64,000 bases of DNA from a bacterium (lineage in GTDB: Bacteria > Patescibacteriota > Patescibacteriia > UBA1558 > UBA10009). Below, piece by piece: positions 9,450-20,046 of this stretch. The stretch covers positions 200,884 to 264,883 of the forward strand of contig JABHGM010000001.1 of NCBI GenBank assembly GCA_018672055.1, written 5' to 3'. Made by a program: the position numbers and the translations under genes. Below the pieces are notes generated by a model. It was given only the letters and a program-made list of their open reading frames with translations. It was not told the origin of the DNA and ran no database searches. Numbering within the stretch: the first letter of the stretch is position 1; each line of letters opens with the position of its first letter.

Positions 9450-10211
9450 TTAAAATAATCTATTACTGCCAACAATTACATTTAATTTATTAGGAGCTAC
9501 TTTTATTTCAACAGGTGTCTTAGAAACTGCTTGTTGATCTATAATGATCGTAGCTGGCTCACCGTCACTACCTATCTTTATTTTTTTAAATGGGAAAATG
9601 CTTTGGTTGATGGTTTTAATTTTTTTAAATACACTACTTTTACCAACAGCCACTACAGCCTCTAAGAGACCGTCAGTAGGATTAGATATATTGCTTTTAT
9701 AAATCGATTGATTTGAAGTTAGAAAGCCTAAATTACAAATACTTATTAATGAATTTTTTGTTATTGGACTTATCTTATACTTACCAAACTCTAATACTAC
9801 ATCAGAATTAGTAATAGTTACTGAATCAATAAAGTATTGCTTATTTATTTTACCAAGATCTAATTTTTTAACTAGACGTTGAGCTAACACCTCACAAGCT
9901 TGATCAGCTGGCGGAATGCCAAGTATTTGACCTACCTTACTTTTATCACTAATGGGTATATAACCTAAAGTAATATCTAAATCTGCTACAATATTTACTA
10001 TTTTACTAAACGTTTGATCATCACCAACAGCTACTATAGTTTTAATGCCTTGTTCTATCCCCTCCTCAATAACTTCTTTCATATTTTTTAGAATACTAAG
10101 TCTACATATTTTACCCTTAATTTCTAAATCAGCTAAACGATTTTCTAATTTATTAAGTGTATTAAAATATTTCTTATTATTTAAGAAGCTGTCATATATA
10201 TAGAGATACAT
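9450..10211 (-). CDS. Diacylglycerol kinase catalytic-domain family protein (YegS/DAGK-like, divergent)
   Basis: IVAVGDDQTF (GGDGT-like), GYIP, LDLG motifs. Confidence 0.7.
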   Translation of the reverse strand: MYLYIYDSFLNNKKYFNTLNKLENRLADLEIKGKICRLSILKNMKEVIEEGIEQGIKTIVAVGDDQTFSKIVNIVADLDITLGYIPISDKSKVGQILGIPPADQACEVLAQRLVKKLDLGKINKQYFIDSVTITNSDVVLEFGKYKISPITKNSLISICNLGFLTSNQSIYKSNISNPTDGLLEAVVAVGKSSVFKKIKTINQSIFPFKKIKIGSDGEPATIIIDQQAVSKTPVEIKVAPNKLNVIVGSNRLF

Positions 10212-10213
10212 AT

Positions 10214-10606
10214 TTATTTATCCTCTACTTTTTCTTTTGGTTTTTCTGCAAGAATTGGTTCGGAGCTCATTGAAACTTTGCCATTTAATTTAGCACCCTT
10301 AGCTACAGTAAGTGATCCAGTGGTAATATCACCTTTGATTTTTGCAGTAGTTGCTAAATCTAAATCTGAGGTAACAATTATGTTGCCAGAAATTTCTCCA
10401 GAGATATTAGCGCTACCAGCTTCAACATCAGCAGTGATTTTGGCTTCGTTGCCAACCTGTAAATGTCCTTTAGTTTTTAAACTTCCTAAAACTATACCTT
10501 CCACTACTATATCTCCCTGTCCTGAAAAATCACCTTCTACTTTTACAGAAGGTCCAATGACAGTTTCTATAGAATCAGAAGAGTTTCTTTTTTCTTCTTT
10601 AAACAT
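10214..10606 (-). CDS. Bactofilin (polymer-forming cytoskeletal protein)
   Basis: ETVIGPSVKVEGDF...VEG...G repeats of the bactofilin beta-helix. Confidence 0.92.
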   Translation of the reverse strand: MFKEEKRNSSDSIETVIGPSVKVEGDFSGQGDIVVEGIVLGSLKTKGHLQVGNEAKITADVEAGSANISGEISGNIIVTSDLDLATTAKIKGDITTGSLTVAKGAKLNGKVSMSSEPILAEKPKEKVEDK

Positions 10607-10740
10607 ATTTAATTAATTTAATTAATAAGCAAGTTAAATTTTAGTTAAATACTTAAATCTTGTCAAAGGATAAGTTGTGAATTTAGACAATAAGCTAAAT
10701 TTATATTATATTATATAGACTTATACATAACATAAATTAT

Positions 10741-10881
10741 ATGGAACAAGATCACTTTAAATCAGACCTAGTAAAAATTATAGTATTATTTGCTATATTT
10801 TTAGGAATCGTAATTGCTTTGGCAATATGGAACAAAAACACCGGCATCTTTGGTATAGTTGCTGAAAGAATATTAGGATAG
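10741..10881 (+). CDS. Small single-pass membrane protein (46 aa, not in ORF track)
   Basis: MEQDHFKSDLVKIIVLFAIFLGIVIALAIWNKNTGIFGIVAERILG; upstream TAGACA-17-TATTAT. Confidence 0.55.
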   Translation: MEQDHFKSDLVKIIVLFAIFLGIVIALAIWNKNTGIFGIVAERILG

Positions 10882-10939
10882 TATTTTACGACGCTTAATA
10901 TTGCCTAATATTACGTTAAAATTGAATAAATAAGCAAAA

Positions 10940-10955
10940 AGTTCCACAAGGAACT
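10940..10955. promoter_or_regulatory. parS-like site 1
   Basis: AGTTCCACAAGGAACT versus parS consensus TGTT[T/C]CACGTG[A/G]AACA; intergenic, origin-proximal. Confidence 0.6.
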
Positions 10956-10960
10956 TATTT

Positions 10961-11035
10961 GCCCCGGTAGTTCAACGGACAGAACATTGGCCTCCTAAGC
11001 CGAAGATTTAGGTTCGATTCCTGATCGGGGCACCA
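10961..11035 (+). tRNA. tRNA-Arg(CCT)
   Basis: Cloverleaf, TTGGC-CT CCT AA-GCCGA, CCA end. Confidence 0.93.
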
Positions 11036-11101
11036 AATTTACCTAATATTAGCTAAAATATTGACATTATATGAATTATAAGATATAATACTATAACTTT
11101 G

Positions 11102-11178
11102 GGGCCCGTAGCTCAGTTGGTTAGAGCGCCTGCATGGCATGCAGGAGGTCGCCGGTTCGATTCCAGTCGGGTCCACCA
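11102..11178 (+). tRNA. tRNA-Ala(GGC)
   Basis: Cloverleaf, G3-U70 pair, anticodon GGC, CCA end; upstream TTGACA-17-TATAAT. Confidence 0.95.
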
Positions 11179-11203
11179 GATTAATTTAATAAAAAATAAA
11201 TAT

Positions 11204-12109
11204 ATGGAGAAGGTAATAATTATAGGATCAGGTCCATCAGGTTTAACAGCTGCGATATATGCAGCTAGAGCTGATTTAAAACCAATGGTATTTCAAGGCA
11301 AAGAACCAGGTGGTCAATTAATTTGGACTACAGAGGTTGAAAACTTTCCTGGATTTCCAGATGGTGTCATGGGGCCTCAATTAATGCAAAATATGCAGAA
11401 ACAGGCTGAAAAATATGGTGCTAATCTTGTGTCTGAGACTGTAAAAAGCGTTGATTTTAGCCAAAAACCCTTTAAAATAGTTACTAATACCAAGGAATAT
11501 GAGTCAGAATGTATTATTATAGCAACTGGAGCCAGATCAAGAATGCTTGGACTTTCCAATGAGGATAAATTATTAGGCAAAGGTGTTCATACCTGCGCTA
11601 CTTGTGATGGTGCATTTTATAGAGATAAAGATGTTATGATAGTAGGTGGTGGAGATACAGCTATGGAAGAAGCTACATTTTTAACTAAATTTGCTAAAAA
11701 GGTATATATTTCATACAGAAAAGACGAATTTCCAGCATCTAAGGTAATGCAAGAAAAAGCTAAAAATAATGATAGAATTGAGATTCTATGGAATACTGAG
11801 ATAAAAGAGTATATTGGTACAGATAAGTTAGAAGTAGTAAAATTACTTGATAATAAGAAAAATGAAGAAAAAGAGCTTAAATTAGATGCAGTATTTTTAG
11901 CAATTGGTCATATACCAAATACTGAAATATTCGAAAATCAGCTAAAACTAGGCAAAAATAACTATATTGAACCAATAAATAATGTATTTACTGAGACAGA
12001 GGGCATATTTGTAGCAGGTGATGTTGCTGATTGGAGATACAGACAAGCTATTACTGCAGCTGGATTTGGCTGTATGGCAGCGTTAGAAGCTGAAAAGTAT
12101 TTATCATAA
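11204..12109 (+). CDS. trxB: Thioredoxin reductase (start moved to MEKVIIIG)
   Basis: GSGPSG FAD motif, CATCDG, GGGDTA, AGDV...RQAITAAG. Confidence 0.96.
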   Translation: MEKVIIIGSGPSGLTAAIYAARADLKPMVFQGKEPGGQLIWTTEVENFPGFPDGVMGPQLMQNMQKQAEKYGANLVSETVKSVDFSQKPFKIVTNTKEYESECIIIATGARSRMLGLSNEDKLLGKGVHTCATCDGAFYRDKDVMIVGGGDTAMEEATFLTKFAKKVYISYRKDEFPASKVMQEKAKNNDRIEILWNTEIKEYIGTDKLEVVKLLDNKKNEEKELKLDAVFLAIGHIPNTEIFENQLKLGKNNYIEPINNVFTETEGIFVAGDVADWRYRQAITAAGFGCMAALEAEKYLS

Positions 12110-12152
12110 ATTGAATAAAAAAAGCGTATATTTATAATAATATGCGTTTTTT

Positions 12153-12168
12153 TGTTCCACAAGGAACA
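12153..12168. promoter_or_regulatory. parS-like site 2
   Basis: TGTTCCACAAGGAACA, 14/16 match to TGTTCCACGTGGAACA. Confidence 0.65.
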
Positions 12169-12286
12169 TTATTTAAACAGATTTTAGGAATAATTAGGAT
12201 ATTTAGCTAAGATTAGTTACATATAAGAGTCGTAAAATATATATAGTAATATACTATATATAAATATAAAAAAACTCACCGATATA

Positions 12287-12463
12287 TTAATTTTCAATGA
12301 GTTTGCCTGAATTGTAGTCTTTATAACTTAATTCAGATTTGGCTAGATTTTCCATCGGTATTCTTATATACGCTCCATACATTATACAAATCGATACGAC
12401 AATTGTACCTAGTACTATAATACCAATAAATACGTTAAGTATATTTTCTTTAAACCGTTTCAA
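12287..12463 (-). CDS. Small membrane protein (58 aa, TTG start, not in ORF track)
   Basis: GAGG SD; (M)KRFKENILNVFIGIIVLGTIVVSICIMYGAY...; one hydrophobic segment. Confidence 0.5.
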   Translation of the reverse strand: MKRFKENILNVFIGIIVLGTIVVSICIMYGAYIRIPMENLAKSELSYKDYNSGKLIEN

Positions 12464-12480
12464 TGATAACCTCTTAATAA

Positions 12481-12630
12481 TTAGTTTTGCTGGATATTTT
12501 CAATTTTCTGTCCTAGACTTCGTTTTATGATTTTTTCGTATATAAACCCGCTCATAACAACTAAGAAAATTATAAATGGAATACTAAATGTAATTAAAAC
12601 TTGCCAATTAGTTTTTTTTGGATTATTCAT
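12481..12630 (-). CDS. Small membrane protein (49 aa, not in ORF track)
   Basis: AAGGAGG SD, TTGACT-16-TAAGAT promoter; MNNPKKTNWQVLITFSIPFIIFLVVMSGFIYEKIIKRSLGQKIENIQQN. Confidence 0.6.
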   Translation of the reverse strand: MNNPKKTNWQVLITFSIPFIIFLVVMSGFIYEKIIKRSLGQKIENIQQN

Positions 12631-12763
12631 TTTATTATCCTCCTTATTTTGAATTTCCAAGTTTATCTTACCAAATACGCCTTTTAAGTCAATTGGTTTA
12701 CAGTCTTAATAAAAAGGTATATAATAGATTAACTCTTAATTATTTAAATTAATAAAAATCAAT

Positions 12764-13084
12764 ATGGCAGAAGTAAAAATAACTCAAGATAACTTTGAGT
12801 CAGAAGTATTAAAAAGCGATAAACCAGTTTTGGTTGATTTTTTTGCAACTTGGTGTGGTCCATGTCAAATGTTAATGCCAATTATTGAGGAATTATCAGA
12901 AGAATATGATGGTAAGGTAAAAATTGCTACATTAGATATAGATGAAAATCAAGAACTTGCTCAAAAGTATCAAGTTTCTTCAGTTCCTTCACTTGTTATT
13001 TTTAAAGACGGCGAAGAAGTAGAAAGAATGATGGGCTTACAACCAAAAGAAATATTAAAAGAAAAGCTAGATAAATTATCATAA
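12764..13084 (+). CDS. trxA: Thioredoxin
   Basis: WCGPC active site. Confidence 0.97.
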   Translation: MAEVKITQDNFESEVLKSDKPVLVDFFATWCGPCQMLMPIIEELSEEYDGKVKIATLDIDENQELAQKYQVSSVPSLVIFKDGEEVERMMGLQPKEILKEKLDKLS

Positions 13085-13136
13085 TATATTTTTAATTCCC
13101 TGTAATTAATTTACGGGGTTTTTATATCCAATAATC

Positions 13137-14387
13137 ATGGAAAAATCGTTTCAAAAAACTCTAGATCAATTAAATAAGTCAGCTAAACTTTTAAAGTTAG
13201 ACGACGAGATAATTAAAAAACTTTCAACTCCTCAAAATATATTAACTAAAGAATTAGTAATTAGTGGAGATAAAAAGTTTGAAGCTTTTAGAGTTCAACA
13301 TAATAATACTAGGGGACCATTTAAAGGTGGTATACGCTATCATCCAGATGCCGATTTAGATGAAATTGAAACTTTAGCTCTTTTAATGGCAATTAAATGT
13401 GCGGTTGTTGATATTCCAATGGGTGGCGGTAAAGGGGGTGTTAAAGTTAATCCTAAAGAGTTAAGCATAGAAGAGCTAGAAGAATTGTCACGTGCATGGA
13501 TAAAAGCCTTTAAAGATAACATAGGGCCTAATGTTGATGTGCCTGCTCCTGATGTTTATACTAATTCACAAATAATGGATTGGATGGCTGATGAATATGG
13601 TAAATTGACTGATAAATATGAACCAGCCATTATTACCGGAAAGTCAATAGATAAAGGCGGAAGTGAAGGTAGAGACATTGCTACAGCTCAAGGCGCTTTC
13701 TATATTTTAGAAGAGTTAATTGAAAAATTAAATTTAAAACCAAAAGAAACCACTGTAGTAATTCAAGGATTTGGTAATGCTGGATTTAATATGGCTAACT
13801 TAGTTTATGAGGCTGGGTTTAAGTTAATTGGTTTTTCTGATTCAAAAGGAAGTATTTTTGACTTAAAGAATGGCGGCATGAATCCAGAGAAAGTAATGGA
13901 ATCCAAAAAAGAACAAGGTCAGATACATAGTTGTTATTGCTTAGGTACAGTTTGTGATTGTGAGAACTATGAAAGTTTAAGCAATGAAAAACTATTGGAA
14001 ATAGAAACTGATATATTAATACCTGCTGCTTTAGAAAATCAAATTACTGAAGAAAATGCAGATAAAATTAAAGCTAAGATAATAATTGAAATTGCTAATG
14101 GCGCTGTAACCCCAAAAGCTACAGAAATATTACATAAAAAAAATATATTAGTTATTCCTGATGTTTTAGCTAACGCTGGTGGAGTTACTGTTTCATATTT
14201 TGAGTGGTTACAAAATATTAACGATGAAAAATGGCCACTTGAAAAAGTATTAACCCAGTTAAAAGATATAATGGTTAAAGCATTTAATAATACATGGTTA
14301 ATTGGTGAAAATTATAATACAGATTTAAGAACAGCTGCTTTTATTCTAGCGCTTGGTAGAATTGTTGATGCTATGGAAAATAAATAA
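13137..14387 (+). CDS. gdhA: Glu/Leu/Phe/Val dehydrogenase (glutamate dehydrogenase)
   Basis: GPFKGGIRY, GGGKGG, VPAPD, QGFGNAG, NAGGVTVSYFEW. Confidence 0.92.
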   Translation: MEKSFQKTLDQLNKSAKLLKLDDEIIKKLSTPQNILTKELVISGDKKFEAFRVQHNNTRGPFKGGIRYHPDADLDEIETLALLMAIKCAVVDIPMGGGKGGVKVNPKELSIEELEELSRAWIKAFKDNIGPNVDVPAPDVYTNSQIMDWMADEYGKLTDKYEPAIITGKSIDKGGSEGRDIATAQGAFYILEELIEKLNLKPKETTVVIQGFGNAGFNMANLVYEAGFKLIGFSDSKGSIFDLKNGGMNPEKVMESKKEQGQIHSCYCLGTVCDCENYESLSNEKLLEIETDILIPAALENQITEENADKIKAKIIIEIANGAVTPKATEILHKKNILVIPDVLANAGGVTVSYFEWLQNINDEKWPLEKVLTQLKDIMVKAFNNTWLIGENYNTDLRTAAFILALGRIVDAMENK

Positions 14388-14449
14388 ATATTTTATTTGG
14401 ATAAACAACTTCGTTCCATTAAGAACGATTTTTTGATATAATAAATTAT

Positions 14450-15010
14450 ATGGCTGAAAAGAAAATAGCTGGGGGAAATGAATTATTAAACCCAGCTCAT
14501 ATTTTAAAAAATGAGTTAGAAATCTTACCTAAAACCTTGGTAGGCGATTTAGGTTGTGGTTCTATGGGATTTTTTACTTTGCAAGCTGCTAAATTAGTTG
14601 GTGATCAAGGTAAAGTATATGCTGTAGACATCTTAAAAGATGTCTTATCTGCTGTAGAAGGCAGAGCTAGGCAAGAAGGGTTATATAATATAAGGACTGT
14701 TTGGTCTAATTTAGAGACAGTTGGAGCCACTAACATTAAAGAAGGTATTCTAGACTATACTCTATATGTAAATACCTTATTTCAATCAAAGAAAAATAAA
14801 GAAATGCTTGAAGAAGCTTATAGATTATTAAAAGAAGGCGGTAAATTACTAGTTGTTGATTGGAAAACAGCCACAGGACCTATTGGACCTACTCCAGATA
14901 CTAAGATTAGCTCAGATCAAGTAAATCAAAAAGCAATTAGTCTTGGTTTTAGATTAGAAAAAGAGTTTGATGCTGGTGAAAATCATTATGGTTTAATTTT
15001 AGTGAAATAG
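14450..15010 (+). CDS. Class I SAM-dependent methyltransferase
   Basis: DLGCGSMG, VYAVDI, RLLKEGGKLLVVDW. Confidence 0.85.
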   Translation: MAEKKIAGGNELLNPAHILKNELEILPKTLVGDLGCGSMGFFTLQAAKLVGDQGKVYAVDILKDVLSAVEGRARQEGLYNIRTVWSNLETVGATNIKEGILDYTLYVNTLFQSKKNKEMLEEAYRLLKEGGKLLVVDWKTATGPIGPTPDTKISSDQVNQKAISLGFRLEKEFDAGENHYGLILVK

Positions 15011-15066
15011 TATTAAAATAATCAAAACTTGATTATTTTTTTATTTTCTCTTAATATATATGTAAT

Positions 15067-15465
15067 ATGTTTACAAATGTTCTACAACTTAGTTTTTGGT
15101 TCGATGTTAGGGCCTCAGTATTTACTTCATTGCTATTTTGGATATTTACTATATTTTTTATACTAGTTTTAGCTTTTGCTATATATTCAACATATTTCCT
15201 TAAGAAAAAAGCAAAAGGCGGTACTACACAGGTAATTTGGACAAAACTTTCATATTTAACATATAGTACTGGAATTGTAGGCTTTATCTTAATGTTCCTT
15301 AAACAACAAAGAGCTGCATATCTTGGAATGAGAGTTTGGTTAATGTTATGGCTCTTAATATGTTTTATTTGGTTACTTTTTATTATTAAATATATAGTTA
15401 AAGAAGTGCCTAGAATTAAAGAAGAAAGGTTAGCTAGAAAAGAATTTGATAAGTATTTACCCTAA
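15067..15465 (+). CDS. Hypothetical membrane protein (3 TM)
   Basis: Hydrophobic segments, C-terminal KYLP. Confidence 0.7.
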   Translation: MFTNVLQLSFWFDVRASVFTSLLFWIFTIFFILVLAFAIYSTYFLKKKAKGGTTQVIWTKLSYLTYSTGIVGFILMFLKQQRAAYLGMRVWLMLWLLICFIWLLFIIKYIVKEVPRIKEERLARKEFDKYLP

Positions 15466-15549
15466 TTATCCATAGGTTATAAACAAGTTTTGCGCTTGAT
15501 TAAATAGTTGATTTGCAGTTAAGTATACATATACTTAACTTTTTTAATT

Positions 15550-16545
15550 ATGAAGAATAAATATATATTACAAAGCGGGCTATTATTATCCCTCTTTTTA
15601 TTACTCTTATTGTTACCTACTAAAACATTTGCTTTAGAAGGTGACTGTATTGTTAAGTATTGTTTTGTTCCAGCACCAACTATTTTAGTGCCAGAGAATG
15701 ATAGTGTAGTAGGCAAACTTCCGGTTTTTAGGGCTTTAACTTGGAAACCTACTATTGTTAAGCTGTTTGTTGATGATATTGAAGTTGAAAACGTGGAACA
15801 AAAGAAGCACGAAGATCAATATGGTAGCGTGTTTGCTAGTTTAGATTACAATTTAACTCCAGGTGATCATTATGTTTATGCAATTGCTTATCATGAAAAT
15901 GGTGGTTGGGGTGGACAGAGTAAAGTGTCAAAATATATTTACTTTAATGTTGAAAATGAAGTAATTACTACACATCAAGAAGAAGTAATATATAATAATG
16001 AGCCATTAATTGATGTAATTAGCGATCAGAATGTACCACAATTTGAAGTAATTAATAAAAATACAGATGGACAAGTTGAAATAACAGAGCAGGGTATTAT
16101 AGAAGGTGGCGTTTTTGTAGAAAAAGATGAGGAATATGTAGTTAATGAAATACAAGAAACAGCCAGTGTAACTGATTTAGATACAATGTTACAAGATGAG
16201 TTTATAGAATCTGGACAACAAGAAACAGAGAAACGTAATCGTTTTATTGGTTTAATAATGTTAATTATAATATTACTAATTACTATTATTTGGTTCTCCC
16301 TAGACTATATTAATAGTCGTAGGATAAAAATGTTAGATGAAGAAGATGAAGGCTATTTACCACCGCCACCAGAACCGCCTAAAGGTAGGAATGTAAAGAG
16401 TGAAGATATCAGCTATCATGAAATAACAGATGAGTGGTTAGATCAAATGGAAGGACCTCCGCCTTCACAATCCTCTCCTTATCCAGTGCCTGATTCTGAG
16501 CTAGAAGTTATTGATGAAGAAAAAAGAAATGATTTAGGACTATAG
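15550..16545 (+). CDS. Hypothetical secreted/membrane-anchored protein with Ig-like domain and acidic Pro-rich tail
   Basis: Signal peptide, beta-rich domain, C-terminal TM, PPPPEPP. Confidence 0.65.
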   Translation: MKNKYILQSGLLLSLFLLLLLLPTKTFALEGDCIVKYCFVPAPTILVPENDSVVGKLPVFRALTWKPTIVKLFVDDIEVENVEQKKHEDQYGSVFASLDYNLTPGDHYVYAIAYHENGGWGGQSKVSKYIYFNVENEVITTHQEEVIYNNEPLIDVISDQNVPQFEVINKNTDGQVEITEQGIIEGGVFVEKDEEYVVNEIQETASVTDLDTMLQDEFIESGQQETEKRNRFIGLIMLIIILLITIIWFSLDYINSRRIKMLDEEDEGYLPPPPEPPKGRNVKSEDISYHEITDEWLDQMEGPPPSQSSPYPVPDSELEVIDEEKRNDLGL

Positions 16546-16629
16546 TTGACAAACGATAAATAAGATACTAATATATAAAGTAAGCTAGTGTTAATACACT
16601 AGCTTCTTTCATAAATTAATTATAAAAAT

Positions 16630-17919
16630 ATGGATAATTTACAAGAAGCTATACAACAAATATGTGAAGAAAAGAATATATCTTTTGAATCTGTTTTAGA
16701 AACCATTGAAGCAGCTTTAGCTGCTGCCTATCGTAAAGACTTTGGTGAAAAGAATCAGAATGTTAAAGTTAACTTTGATGTTGTTTCACAAGATATGGAT
16801 GTATATGATATTAAAACTGTAGTTGAAGACATGGATTTAGAAGAACTTGAAAAGCAAAGGGAAGAATATGAAGCTAAAAGAGAAGCAGGTGAAGAAATTG
16901 ATGAGAGCGAAATAAAGAGATTTAATCCTAAAACTGAAATAATGCTAGCTGAAGCTAAAGAGAATAAGGCTAAAGCTAAAATTGGTGATGAAATTAAAAC
17001 TAAATTAGAAGTACCTGATGAATTTGGTAGAATGGCAGCTCAAACTGCTAAACAAGTTATTATTCAAAGATTAAGAGAAGCTGAACGTGAAAATATATTT
17101 GCTGAATTTAAAGAAAAAGAAGGAAGTATTGTTACAGCTGTAATTCAGAGAAGAGAAGGCAGAATGGTTTATTTAGATATTGGCCATACTTTAGCTGTTA
17201 TGAACCAAGACGGACAAGTTATGAGTGAAAAATATACTTCTGGGCAAAGACTAAGAGTATTTATTGTTTCAGTTGAAATGACTCCTAAAGGCCCTGAAAT
17301 TTTAGTTTCTAGAACTCATTCTGATTTAGTTAAGGAGCTATTTAAATCAGAGGTACCAGAAATTAGTTCTGGTATTGTTGAAATAAAAGCCATAGCTCGT
17401 GAAGCAGGTATGCGTTCTAAGATAGCTGTAAGTTCTAATCAAGATACTATTGATCCCGTTGGTTCTTGTGTTGGACAACGTGGTACACGTGTACAAACTA
17501 TTATTACAGAGCTTGGTGGAGAGAAAATAGATATTATTGAATGGCATAAAAATCCAGAAAAGTTTATTACTAATGCTTTATCTCCAGCTAAAGTTGAATC
17601 ATTAAAATTAAATGAAAAAGAAAAAACAGTTTTAGTTAATGTAAAAGACGATCAATTGTCTTTAGCTATTGGTAAGAGTGGTCAGAATGTAAGGCTTGCT
17701 GCTAAGCTTACAGAGTGGAAAATAGATATTGAAGGTGCTGAGAACATAGCAAAAGAAGAATCTAAAGAAGAAGTAGAAGATGATAAGAAAGAAAAAAAGT
17801 TAGATAAGGAAGAAAAACCTGTTAAAGAAAAGAAAGTTAAAGCAAAAACTAAAGCTAAAGATAAAAAAGAGACTAAACCTAAAAAGAAAAAGGCAGCTCC
17901 AAAAAAAGATAAAAAATAA
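16630..17919 (+). CDS. nusA: Transcription factor NusA
   Basis: FGRMAAQTAKQ, AREAGMRSKIAV, SLAIGKSGQNVRLA; Lys-rich tail. Confidence 0.97.
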   Translation: MDNLQEAIQQICEEKNISFESVLETIEAALAAAYRKDFGEKNQNVKVNFDVVSQDMDVYDIKTVVEDMDLEELEKQREEYEAKREAGEEIDESEIKRFNPKTEIMLAEAKENKAKAKIGDEIKTKLEVPDEFGRMAAQTAKQVIIQRLREAERENIFAEFKEKEGSIVTAVIQRREGRMVYLDIGHTLAVMNQDGQVMSEKYTSGQRLRVFIVSVEMTPKGPEILVSRTHSDLVKELFKSEVPEISSGIVEIKAIAREAGMRSKIAVSSNQDTIDPVGSCVGQRGTRVQTIITELGGEKIDIIEWHKNPEKFITNALSPAKVESLKLNEKEKTVLVNVKDDQLSLAIGKSGQNVRLAAKLTEWKIDIEGAENIAKEESKEEVEDDKKEKKLDKEEKPVKEKKVKAKTKAKDKKETKPKKKKAAPKKDKK

Positions 17920-17948
17920 TATATATAATTAAAATTAATTAAAAAATT

Positions 17949-19943
17949 ATGACATCAGGATTAATATTTTCATTAGTCGCAGCTGTTGTTGCGATAATCT
18001 ATGGGGGCATTTTAATAAAAATTGTTAATAACAAGCCAAAGGGTGATGAAAAGATGCAAGAAATTGCGCAAGCAATTCAAGTAGGTGCTAAAGCATATCT
18101 AAATCGTCAATATAGAACGATTAGTATTATTGCTTTAGTTTTTTTCATTCTCTTGTGGGCTTTTCTAGAAATAAATACAGCTCTTGGTTTTTTAGTTGGT
18201 GCTGTATTATCAGCCCTAGCTGGATATATTGGTATGAACATTTCTGTTAGAGCCAATGTTAGAACTTGTGAAGCTGCTAAAACAGGATTAGCTCCTGCTT
18301 TAAACGTCGCAGTTTGGGGCGGTGCTGTTACTGGTCTTTTAGTTGTTGGTTTGGGACTTTTAGGTGTAGCTGGATTTTATGCATTAACCGGAGATGTTAA
18401 AGCGCTTATTGGTCTTGGTTTAGGTGGAAGTTTAATTTCAGTATTTGCTAGACTTGGTGGTGGTATTTTTACAAAAGCTGCTGATGTTGGCGCTGACTTA
18501 GTTGGTAAAGTTGAAGCTGGTATACCAGAAGACGATCCTCGTAATCCTGCTGTTATTGCTGATAATGTTGGTGATAATGTTGGTGATTGCGCTGGTATGG
18601 CCGCTGATTTATTTGAAACCTATGCTGTTACTTCAGTTGCTGCTATGTTACTTGGGCTTTTAACATTTGGGCAGAATCCTGACGTTTTAGTATATCCTTT
18701 AGTAATCGGTGGTATTGCTATTATTGCTTCAGTTATTGGAGTTATGTTTATTAAACTTGGAAAGAGTGGAAATATTATGGCAGCTTTGTACAAAGGGTTA
18801 GCTGTAGCTGGTATATTATCAGCTATTGCTCTTTATCCTGTTACTAAATGGTTAATGAGTGACATATCTAAGTATAGCGTTAATGATCTTTACTTAGCTT
18901 CTTTGATTGGTTTAGTAGCTACTACTCTAATGGTGGTAATTACAGAATATTATACATCTACTAAATACAAACCAGTTAAAGAAATAGCTAAAGCTTCAGA
19001 ATCGGGTCATGGTACTAATGTTATTTCAGGCTTAGCAATTTCAATGCAGTCTACTGCTTTACCTATAATTGTTATCGTAGCTGCTATTTGGGGCTCATAT
19101 CAATTAGCTGAACTCTATGGTATAGCTATTGCTGCTATGAGTATGTTATCTTTAGCTGGTATTATTGTTACTATTGATTCATATGGACCAATTACAGATA
19201 ATGCTGGTGGTATTGCTGAAATGTCTGGGCTTGATGAGAACGTTAGAAAAAATACTGATGCTTTAGATGCAGTTGGTAATACAACAAAAGCTGTTACCAA
19301 GGGTTATGCTATTGCTTCTGCAGGGCTTGCTGCTTTAGTTTTATTTGCAGCATATGTTCAAGAGTTTGCCGAATATGGGGTACACTTAAAATTTGATTTA
19401 ATTGATCCTATGGTAATAATCGGACTATTTATTGGTGGAATGTTACCATATCTATTTTCAGCTCTAGCTATGAAAGCTGTTGGTAAAACAGCCGGTGATG
19501 TAGTTAAAGAGGTAAGACGTCAATTCAAAGAAATTCCAGGAATCATGGAAGGTACAGCTAAGCCAGATTATTCTAGAACAGTCGATTTAGTTACTAAGTC
19601 TGCTCTTAAACAAATGATTTTACCTGCTTTAATTCCAATTATAGTTCCTGTCTTAGTAGGCTTCCTATTTGGAGCCGTTGCCCTTGGCGGATTATTAGTT
19701 GGTAGTATTGTAACTGGAATGTTTGTAGCTATCTCTATGACTTCTGGTGGTGGTGCTTGGGATAATGCAAAGAAATATATTGAAGAAGGTAATTACGGCG
19801 GTAAAGGCAGTGAAGCACATAAAGCAGCTGTTACTGGTGATACTGTTGGTGATCCATACAAAGACACAGCAGGACCTGCTATTAATCCAATGATTAAGAT
19901 ATTGAATGTAGTAGCTCTTTTATTAGTAGCCTTCCTTGTTTAA
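17949..19943 (+). CDS. hppA: Membrane ion-translocating pyrophosphatase (K+-independent signature)
   Basis: [46 protein letters not shown]. Confidence 0.95.
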   Translation: MTSGLIFSLVAAVVAIIYGGILIKIVNNKPKGDEKMQEIAQAIQVGAKAYLNRQYRTISIIALVFFILLWAFLEINTALGFLVGAVLSALAGYIGMNISVRANVRTCEAAKTGLAPALNVAVWGGAVTGLLVVGLGLLGVAGFYALTGDVKALIGLGLGGSLISVFARLGGGIFTKAADVGADLVGKVEAGIPEDDPRNPAVIADNVGDNVGDCAGMAADLFETYAVTSVAAMLLGLLTFGQNPDVLVYPLVIGGIAIIASVIGVMFIKLGKSGNIMAALYKGLAVAGILSAIALYPVTKWLMSDISKYSVNDLYLASLIGLVATTLMVVITEYYTSTKYKPVKEIAKASESGHGTNVISGLAISMQSTALPIIVIVAAIWGSYQLAELYGIAIAAMSMLSLAGIIVTIDSYGPITDNAGGIAEMSGLDENVRKNTDALDAVGNTTKAVTKGYAIASAGLAALVLFAAYVQEFAEYGVHLKFDLIDPMVIIGLFIGGMLPYLFSALAMKAVGKTAGDVVKEVRRQFKEIPGIMEGTAKPDYSRTVDLVTKSALKQMILPALIPIIVPVLVGFLFGAVALGGLLVGSIVTGMFVAISMTSGGGAWDNAKKYIEEGNYGGKGSEAHKAAVTGDTVGDPYKDTAGPAINPMIKILNVVALLLVAFLV

Positions 19944-19961
19944 AATAATATTAATATATAT

Positions 19962-19989
19962 AAAAGCCCGGCTTTAAGCCGGGCTTTTT
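19962..19989 (+). terminator. Intrinsic terminator after hppA
   Basis: AAAAGCCCGGCTT-T-AAGCCGGGCTTTT. Confidence 0.85.
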
Positions 19990-20046
19990 AGTTGCCAAGA
20001 AATCAATTACATGTTAATTTTAAATTATAAAACGTACTTTAATTAT

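Noticed and set aside
11099-11203. N-terminal extension of TrxB
   Set aside because: It is the tRNA-Ala(GGC) sequence read in frame; the real start is ATG 11204
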